From a virus: a stretch of DNA of 64,000 nt. Below are positions 57,993 through 64,000 of this stretch, in pieces (position 1 is the first letter of the stretch; every line of letters starts with the position of its first letter). A model generated the notes under the pieces. It was not told where the DNA came from, did not search any database, and saw only the letters and a program-made list of their open reading frames with translations. Where the stretch lies: positions 12,875 through 76,874 of IMG/VR virus record IMGVR_UViG_3300032298_000540. One strand, written 5' to 3'. The translations under genes and the position numbers were made by a program.

Positions 57993-58772
57993 CTATACCT
58001 TAACAATCTCTTTAGCTTTACGTGTGTTTATGTTATATCCAGTGAAGCCTCCAGTTTTCTTACGTAGGCTGATTGCTTTACTGGCAGCTGACCCTGCCCT
58101 TTGAGAACCATGTACTAATAATGCGAACGGCTTATTGCCAAAACAATGACTATCATCATGATCTATTTCTAGGCCACGTGTAGATGCTTCCTCTTCTGTG
58201 TATACAACGTATGCACGGCGGATAAAAGTAGATTCCCTTCCTGGTATCAATGAATCTAACTGGCCCCCTATAGAAGCAGTCAGGAATAGATTAGGAGGTA
58301 TCTCACTGGCTAGGTTAAGCCACATATTAAGTGACTTAGTGAAAGCATAAAAGGTACGGTTAGGTTCTTGTCTAGCTACGCTAATCCAAGCCATCATATA
58401 TAGTTCTGTCCAGAAGTCACCTGACTCGTGAATCCTTACCAGATCTTCTTTATGTGGTGCTAAGGAACTAATGATTAGATCAGTCATTCCTTCTGTACCT
58501 TCATTATCTGTATACATAGCATCTTTTAGTAAATCCCAGTTGTACCACCTAGCATCTCTAACACTAGGTCGTGTCTCTGCCATAGAAGCAAAGCAGCGAT
58601 AGTCAGCTACTCCTGCACTAGGTAAAGCAAGACTGTCATTGATCTTACCTGTGTGGCGATCAGCAAATGTTCTACATACACCAGCAGAAGGACAAGCATA
58701 CCCCGCTGGTAAATTAAAGATCAAACGGTTAGCAAGTTTAGCATTACCGTGGGAAAACTTAAGCAGTGACAT
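57993..58772 (-). CDS. Gp88-like Cys-rich phage protein
   Basis: GNAKL, LPAG..CP.AG.C...C.A, VRIHESGDF and FYAFTK. Confidence 0.7.
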   Translation of the reverse strand: MSLLKFSHGNAKLANRLIFNLPAGYACPSAGVCRTFADRHTGKINDSLALPSAGVADYRCFASMAETRPSVRDARWYNWDLLKDAMYTDNEGTEGMTDLIISSLAPHKEDLVRIHESGDFWTELYMMAWISVARQEPNRTFYAFTKSLNMWLNLASEIPPNLFLTASIGGQLDSLIPGRESTFIRRAYVVYTEEEASTRGLEIDHDDSHCFGNKPFALLVHGSQRAGSAASKAISLRKKTGGFTGYNINTRKAKEIVKV

Positions 58773-58794
58773 GGTGTGATTGCAATGGGTTTAG

Positions 58795-58822
58795 TGAGCA
58801 GTTTAACGTCATACTCAGGACG
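58795..58822 (-). ncRNA. 28-nt pseudoknot motif, copy 4
   Basis: CGTC-CTGAGTAT-GACG-TTAAA-C-TGCTCA. Confidence 0.8.
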
Positions 58823-58829
58823 ATCTAAA

Positions 58830-59063
58830 CTAAGACAGAAGTCCCATTAAGAACTTCATACGATCAGTACATAGAGCAGATAACTGTTCTTGTTCTGGTG
58901 TTAAACAATGATCTTGTTCATAGATATGTTCATTCAAGCCAGTCATTAACTGGATTTGTTCCAGTCGCTTCTTTAGTTTGGTCTTCTGTGCTGCTGTCAA
59001 AGTTTGATAGAGAGGCTTCATTAGTTTTAATAGAATCAGAATAATGTTTAGTGTCATATGCAC
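58830..59063 (-). CDS. Small hypothetical protein (start uncertain)
   Basis: ORF ends 7 nt before motif copy 4. Confidence 0.45.
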   Translation of the reverse strand: MHMTLNIILILLKLMKPLYQTLTAAQKTKLKKRLEQIQLMTGLNEHIYEQDHCLTPEQEQLSALCTDRMKFLMGLLS

Positions 59064-59274
59064 GACGTTGCCTTATTTCTCCTATGGCATCATACAAAGC
59101 TTCTTCTATTTGACAATCCATAAAAGTTAAAGCTCGCAAGAAAGAAACATATTCTTTTGTGATAGCAGTAATGGTTGGTGCCATAGTAGCTACACAGATA
59201 CTACCTGTATTTGTGAATTGTTCAAATGCAATCCAGTCATCGACAGTAACATCAAAATCAATCGCGGAAGCCAT
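58930..59274 (-). CDS. Hypothetical protein
   Basis: ATG lies 22 nt after motif copy 5. Confidence 0.6.
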   Translation of the reverse strand: MASAIDFDVTVDDWIAFEQFTNTGSICVATMAPTITAITKEYVSFLRALTFMDCQIEEALYDAIGEIRQRRAYDTKHYSDSIKTNEASLSNFDSSTEDQTKEATGTNPVNDWLE

Positions 59275-59296
59275 AATAATAAAGCAATGGAATAAA

Positions 59297-59324
59297 CAAG
59301 TAGTTTAACGTCGTACTCAGGACG
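59297..59324 (-). ncRNA. 28-nt pseudoknot motif, copy 5
   Basis: CGTC-CTGAGTAC-GACG-TTAAA-C-TACTTG. Confidence 0.78.
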
Positions 59325-59330
59325 TGATAC

Positions 59331-59663
59331 CTAATAGATATCGTTAGTTGTATTCTTATCTATTGTTAGTTCATCCGTAGTAGGAATAATTTTTAACTCT
59401 AATGTTTCTAATAAATTAACAGTGTCCTGGATTCCAATAATCTCAAGAGCATCAGGGATAAGCTCATTTGTATTCTCAGTATAGTAATCAGATAGATACA
59501 AAGATGCTATTGATATGATCGTTTGCATAGGCAAATAATCTAACATCCTATGTGCTAAAGAATTAATAACATAATCCCAGGTGTGATCAGGGATACCATC
59601 TTCAATCTTCGCAATTAGATCAGGGTCAATTGCATTGATGCGATCAGCAGCACTCTCAGTCAT
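59331..59663 (-). CDS. Acidic hypothetical protein
   Basis: Start moved to ATG 59663. Confidence 0.55.
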   Translation of the reverse strand: MTESAADRINAIDPDLIAKIEDGIPDHTWDYVINSLAHRMLDYLPMQTIISIASLYLSDYYTENTNELIPDALEIIGIQDTVNLLETLELKIIPTTDELTIDKNTTNDIY

Positions 59664-59752
59664 GGTAATAAGTAAGTCATTGTTATTGTAAAGGAAGTAA
59701 GGGCTTTGTGCTAGGTAAGGAAGCTTGTAGATCACGGATGAACAACAAATAA

Positions 59753-59790
59753 CTTTGTGGACCACAGCTTAGAATCTGTGATCCACAAAG
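59753..59790. promoter_or_regulatory. Intergenic long hairpin
   Basis: CTTTGTGGA-C-CACAG-CTTAGAAT-CTGTG-A-TCCACAAAG. Confidence 0.6.
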
Positions 59791-59835
59791 CTAAGTGTTA
59801 TGGTTACGTAAAGGCAGCGCTTATTTATTTAATCT

Positions 59836-60201
59836 TTAAGCTACAGCTTGCGCACTAGTCTCATGAGACTCACCCACTAGGCCAGCCTCCTTGAGGCGGT
59901 CGAACATGCCACACATAATGGTAGCATGTTCATGTGTTTTCTCCATGAAAGATTGTGCGCGATCTGCAGATATAGTATGGACTGTACCATTGGCTTCAAC
60001 ATAGGCCCAGCTACCATCAGGCTGGGGTTTTCCCTGGAGCGCAAGCCGCTCTGAGTTACGTACATACCTGAGTTCTAGATTGTGACAGTCAGTAAGACCC
60101 TCACTATCTTTCCAAGTAGCACCTAAGTTATAACGTTGATCTTGATCCATGTAAGCATGGAATTGTGGAAGCAGTTGACTGAAGCAAGCAAGGATAGACA
60201 T
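59836..60201 (-). CDS. Hypothetical protein
   Basis: 121-aa ORF. Confidence 0.6.
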   Translation of the reverse strand: MSILACFSQLLPQFHAYMDQDQRYNLGATWKDSEGLTDCHNLELRYVRNSERLALQGKPQPDGSWAYVEANGTVHTISADRAQSFMEKTHEHATIMCGMFDRLKEAGLVGESHETSAQAVA

Positions 60202-60275
60202 GAGTTGAATGTAGTAGGTGGAGTGTGTAAAGCCTGGGACTTACGTCAGGTTGGCGCTGACTGCCCAGGGTTATA

Positions 60276-61907
60276 TCAGTTGACTGATTTTAGTTCTTCT
60301 TCTCGTAGTTGCAATGCATTGCTAAACATATTTTCATACTTACTTCTTTCAATGTCGTTGAGTCTCGCATTGGACAGACCAACGATCTGGTCTACGTGCA
60401 TAACACCGTCTGATACCTTAAGCAGGACAGTGAACTGAGGCTTGTTGTTGCACATGCACAAGACAATGAATGCCTTCTTAGCTTTAACGTTATTAGCATA
60501 TGAGTCTGCTGTACCTATACAGTTACGTACTGCCTGGCCCCATTGTGAAAGCTGGTGTGTATCTTTAGGTTGAAAGAATGTCCAGGTCTGTTCTTCATCT
60601 AACACTTTGATAGGTGTAGGGAATAGATCTTGTGGTAACTCTTGATTAGGATTCTTTATTGTCCATGCTTTAGTCTGGATATGATCATGGAATTCTTCTA
60701 TGCGCCAACGCTTAGGTGGGTCAATAGTTTGACCTGCTGTAAGTATCTGATCAAGCATTGCTATCGTATCTCGCAACGAACTAAACGTAGCATTGTACTT
60801 GGTAGTATGTGAATAGTTTGTGCACCTACTCAACCATTCCTCTGTAAACTTGGTGATAATTTTAAAGAAAGATTCTACAGGTAGATAAGTATTAAGCCAG
60901 GCATGCACTAAGTCTGGTGAGGAAGGTGCAGGGGATAAGCTATAGATATAAAGTGTTTTGAATATGTCATTGTTTATAGCAGTCTGTAAATAATCAACAG
61001 GGCAAGCAGGCCATATCTTTAGTACCATATTAATCCAGGTAAGAATTTTCTTTATATCTTCATGTATATCTACCAATACGTCAGGTGACTTAGTGTCTGG
61101 ATGATTGAAGGCATCAATTATCTTTTGTGCTTCTGTATTGATATAACGTTTGAACCAAGGTGTATCCAGTATGTATTTATTGTCAGCATCTAGATACGAT
61201 TTGTATAATTCTAACCCTGGTACTGAGGGACGTTCTTCTAATAAACGTAGGATATATTTGTAGTTATTAGTCTTAGGATCAAGTCTCTTGAATATGTTAT
61301 GTGTACCACCATCTTTCCAATGAGGTATAGTCTGTTGAAGTTGATCAGTAAATAGTTTAATTCCACGTTTGATTTGTACTAACTTCTGTTTGTAACCGGT
61401 TGCATTATGTGCCCAGTATGGTGTAGTTAACCCTGCTTCAATACTATCTTTCGTTATGTAGTCCGTCCATGTACAGAAGTCAATGCGTCCATACTTCCTA
61501 GGGATAACATTATCTATATTGAATAACCTTCCATCCTTACCGTAGGGAATATTAATCTTCTTGTATGCACCAGGTTTGAATGCAAATGATATTCCATAGA
61601 TATAATCTTCTCCGGGCTTAGGTAACCAAGCTGCTACCCATAGGCTTTCTATGTGGTAGATAATAGCTTTGACTTCGCCAGTATCTTTTTGGAATACACG
61701 GTACCTATCTTCAATTGGATCAGCATTGATATTAGTAACTGCTTGTAGCAGTTCTTCTTTACTGACAATGTGAGCAGGAATCAGATCATCTGGTAACCCA
61801 AGGGTATTACGTGTCACCTTAGGTTTAGCAGCTGCGATAACTTTCTTTAGTTCAGGGTCGTACTTGACGAGGTGTTGCTGAAGGTTTGATGGGAGTTGGA
61901 ATTGCAT
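60276..61907 (-). CDS. PcfJ-domain protein
   Basis: C-terminal FHD....L..WG..VRNCIG...Y...QI.G..N. Confidence 0.7.
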   Translation of the reverse strand: MQFQLPSNLQQHLVKYDPELKKVIAAAKPKVTRNTLGLPDDLIPAHIVSKEELLQAVTNINADPIEDRYRVFQKDTGEVKAIIYHIESLWVAAWLPKPGEDYIYGISFAFKPGAYKKINIPYGKDGRLFNIDNVIPRKYGRIDFCTWTDYITKDSIEAGLTTPYWAHNATGYKQKLVQIKRGIKLFTDQLQQTIPHWKDGGTHNIFKRLDPKTNNYKYILRLLEERPSVPGLELYKSYLDADNKYILDTPWFKRYINTEAQKIIDAFNHPDTKSPDVLVDIHEDIKKILTWINMVLKIWPACPVDYLQTAINNDIFKTLYIYSLSPAPSSPDLVHAWLNTYLPVESFFKIITKFTEEWLSRCTNYSHTTKYNATFSSLRDTIAMLDQILTAGQTIDPPKRWRIEEFHDHIQTKAWTIKNPNQELPQDLFPTPIKVLDEEQTWTFFQPKDTHQLSQWGQAVRNCIGTADSYANNVKAKKAFIVLCMCNNKPQFTVLLKVSDGVMHVDQIVGLSNARLNDIERSKYENMFSNALQLREEELKSVN

Positions 61908-61929
61908 GAGTTGAGTTGTAGTTGGGATG

Positions 61930-61957
61930 TAAACCTTTTAACGTCATGTTTAGGACG
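61930..61957 (-). ncRNA. 28-nt pseudoknot motif, copy 6
   Basis: CGTC-CTAAACAT-GACG-TTAAA-A-GGTTTA. Confidence 0.78.
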
Positions 61958-62015
61958 ATTGGTTTACTTGTAAGTTGCGTGTATATACAAGTAAGTTACT
62001 CGTACATACTATAAG

Positions 62016-62261
62016 TTACTTGTAAATACCGTATTGTCTTTCTTCTTCTAATTCATCGTAGTGCTCTAACATGTAGTTAGTTGCATTACTAATAAACGTA
62101 GAGTACTCGGATTTCAGGTATGTGGATTTTGGTGTAAAGACTGGGAGTTCTTTACACCACCCAGTAGCAAGATAGATTCTCCCCCTGGGACCACGCAATA
62201 CTACGAACCAAGGTTTGAACTCGATACTAAATCCAATCATGATAGAAGAACGTTTAATCAT
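62016..62261 (-). CDS. Hypothetical protein
   Basis: 81-aa ORF. Confidence 0.5.
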   Translation of the reverse strand: MIKRSSIMIGFSIEFKPWFVVLRGPRGRIYLATGWCKELPVFTPKSTYLKSEYSTFISNATNYMLEHYDELEEERQYGIYK

Positions 62262-62610
62262 TAGGTAACGCCTCCAGTGCGCGGCGGATGGTGTTTAAGT
62301 CAGTGATGTCGAGCGTTACTTGTCCATCAGGAGTGGGCAACACTTTCAGCGCCTTTAGCGCCTGTCCCTTCAAGCTCGGCGACTTGGGGCGGCGGGCGGT
62401 GCGAAGAGGGTGGTCTGCTTGTGGGTAGCTGTAGTTGCGCTCTAGCCACTCGCAACACGCCTCCAGCTCTTGATCAGCGCCCCATTGAGCGGCGCGGGTA
62501 AATACGACTTGGTCTTTGCTCCAGGCTAGCTTGTCTGCCCATTGCTGTACCAGATCCGGCGGTGGGGTGATTGGATGTTGGTAAGTCATTGCACGGTAGG
62601 TGTCAGTCAT
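62254..62610 (-). CDS. GC-richer hypothetical protein
   Basis: HPITPPP.LVQQW..AAQWGADQELEACC; composition differs from its neighbours. Confidence 0.65.
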   Translation of the reverse strand: MTDTYRAMTYQHPITPPPDLVQQWADKLAWSKDQVVFTRAAQWGADQELEACCEWLERNYSYPQADHPLRTARRPKSPSLKGQALKALKVLPTPDGQVTLDITDLNTIRRALEALPND

Positions 62611-62674
62611 GGTAATAAAGAAAAGAGTTTAGTAGATTCCCTTTGGTACTTGGTTGTACCGGGAGGTTGAATAA

Positions 62675-62947
62675 TTAGATGTCAGTGGAATCAACGTCGA
62701 TCCAGTCAAGAGAATTACCACGATTTAATTCGTGGATATATTCATCTAGATCTAATGGATCACTAGGTGGTTTGTCCTCTACATAGGTGAAAGCAGAACA
62801 TAAGCCTGGCCTATGCTCTGCTGGTTCTTCCCATGTGGCAGGACTAACTTGAATACGATCTTCTATCCATGCTTCCGCATAGACTTGATATTCGTTGACG
62901 CCTGTGGGATAGACATCAACATGTCTTATAGCCCAGATAGATGACAT
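62675..62947 (-). CDS. Hypothetical protein
   Basis: PAT.EEPAE..P.LC. Confidence 0.6.
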   Translation of the reverse strand: MSSIWAIRHVDVYPTGVNEYQVYAEAWIEDRIQVSPATWEEPAEHRPGLCSAFTYVEDKPPSDPLDLDEYIHELNRGNSLDWIDVDSTDI

Positions 62948-63150
62948 CAGAGTACCTCCGCAAGTTGGCGATCAGTTGAATTGAATACAGACTTAAGTCC
63001 GTACTTAGCTACGATCTCGGGGAACGCAGCTAGAATCTTGTTCTTGTTGATGGGATCAGCGTAGCGGATTGCTACGGCAAGTGATGCGACAAACTTACCG
63101 CCGTAGGTTTCCATACGGGTAGTAAGTTGGTAGGTTTCAGTAGGAGTCAT
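62947..63150 (-). CDS. Small hypothetical protein
   Basis: METYGGKFV.SLA.A...ADP.N; start moved to ATG 63150. Confidence 0.65.
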   Translation of the reverse strand: MTPTETYQLTTRMETYGGKFVASLAVAIRYADPINKNKILAAFPEIVAKYGLKSVFNSTDRQLAEVL

Positions 63151-63171
63151 GAGTTGAATTGAGATGGGACA

Positions 63172-63199
63172 TAGACAGTTTAACGTCATGTCCAGGACG
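63172..63199 (-). ncRNA. 28-nt pseudoknot motif, copy 7
   Basis: CGTC-CTGGACAT-GACG-TTAAA-C-TGTCTA. Confidence 0.8.
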
Positions 63200-63210
63200 T
63201 AGTTAAGTGA

Positions 63211-63411
63211 TTACAATATCTTTATGTTGCGTTTGCTTAAACCAGTACCTGGTAAAGCAATAGATGCATGGACGCCTGACTCACGGGTATTAAGCGTGAG
63301 CTGTAGTGGGCCAAGCTGGATTGTTTTCGTGAATGACTTGATGCCATTCTCTGTGATATTGAATCCAGCAATAGTCTTATCAAAATTAAAAGCAGCCTTA
63401 GGTTTAGTCAT
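63211..63411 (-). CDS. DUF4236-like small protein
   Basis: KTIQLGPLQLTLN...G..ASI.LPGTGLS. Confidence 0.55.
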   Translation of the reverse strand: MTKPKAAFNFDKTIAGFNITENGIKSFTKTIQLGPLQLTLNTRESGVHASIALPGTGLSKRNIKIL

Positions 63412-63447
63412 TTGAATTAGGGAGAGGGATAGTAGACACGGCATGGA

Positions 63448-63654
63448 CAATTGTTGTGTACAATTGGTGTGGTTCTCGAGACCTCACTGGCCGGTGATTT
63501 AAAATCCAGAGTTTGATCTGGTATATTCCTCTGATTAACAGTTGCTTAATCAGAATGGGACCTTGTGATGTTGAAGGCCATCACTGGGACTGACCCAGTT
63601 AATAAGGGGTATCTGGCCGCACCAGACTTAGGATCTAATGCGATCCAGCCCTTT
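63448..63654 (-). ncRNA. Candidate structured non-coding RNA / leader (about 9 tandem hairpins)
   Basis: ORF-free gap almost entirely tiled by short inverted repeats. Confidence 0.5.
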
Positions 63655-63659
63655 GTTAA

Positions 63660-63869
63660 TTAGCCTTCTAATAATTTGGTAATGTTAGGAATAGTAGAAG
63701 GATCCATATTAGTCATGGTGAATTGTTCACCAGTGGTTGGATCAATGAAGCCACCGATGAAACCAGCTCCGACACGGTCAGCTGCTGCTCTCATCTTGGC
63801 AACAAATTCCATAGCTTGTAATCGTTGAATGCTTAAAGCATCAGGCACTTGAATGTTGGAGTCAGTCAT
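63660..63869 (-). CDS. Small hypothetical protein
   Basis: 69-aa ORF downstream of motif copy 8. Confidence 0.6.
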   Translation of the reverse strand: MTDSNIQVPDALSIQRLQAMEFVAKMRAAADRVGAGFIGGFIDPTTGEQFTMTNMDPSTIPNITKLLEG

Positions 63870-63901
63870 GGATGAGTAGGTTAAGAATTGATTAAGTATA
63901 T

Positions 63902-63929
63902 AGGGTAGTTTAATGTCATACCCAGGACA
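63902..63929 (-). ncRNA. 28-nt pseudoknot motif, copy 8
   Basis: TGTC-CTGGGTAT-GACA-TTAAA-C-TACCCT, with a compensatory U-A pair in stem 1. Confidence 0.8.
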
Positions 63930-64000
63930 CTTACTTCTATACTTCTGAATAGTTTATCTTTTCAGACTTGAAATCTACACTGTAGATCATGTCTGCATTC

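Noticed and set aside
63600-63654. Hammerhead ribozyme in the three-way junction
   Set aside because: The CUGANGA and GAAA core sequences are absent on both strands.
52091-63929. The 28-nt repeats as a CRISPR array or simple DNA operator (CGTC-N8-GACG)
   Set aside because: Copies are dispersed between genes with no spacer periodicity. A DNA palindrome alone does not explain the loop/3' hexamer complementarity or the strand-specific G-U pairs.

Overview
64 kb of a tailed dsDNA phage genome, most likely a cyanophage (NblA-like protein, cyanobacterial-type integrase remnant, Dps, SpeD). No tRNA, rRNA or CRISPR array was seen. The left half (about 1-34 kb, mostly + strand) is the morphogenesis and lysis region: a terminase carrying two inteins, a portal overlapping a scaffold-like gene, the major capsid protein, tail fibres and four peptidoglycan hydrolases. 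The right half (about 34-64 kb, mostly - strand) carries a large inverted repeat, a primase-helicase, an exonuclease, a glycosyl/methyltransferase cluster, SSB, a family A DNA polymerase and many small early-type genes. The strongest unexplained signal is a 28-nt element found 8 times in minus-strand intergenic gaps between 52.1 and 63.9 kb. Its variable positions co-vary as an H-type RNA pseudoknot, and it sits 19-22 nt before Shine-Dalgarno-less start codons in 7 of 8 cases. Other notable items: an HNH endonuclease hidden in the +1 frame of the second terminase intein, a circularly permuted M23 peptidase, a 545-nt dual-coding portal/scaffold overlap, a catalytically degenerate integrase next to an Xis-like gene, and a dense non-coding hairpin cluster at 63.45-63.65 kb. 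All protein family calls come from motif recognition by eye; no database search was run.
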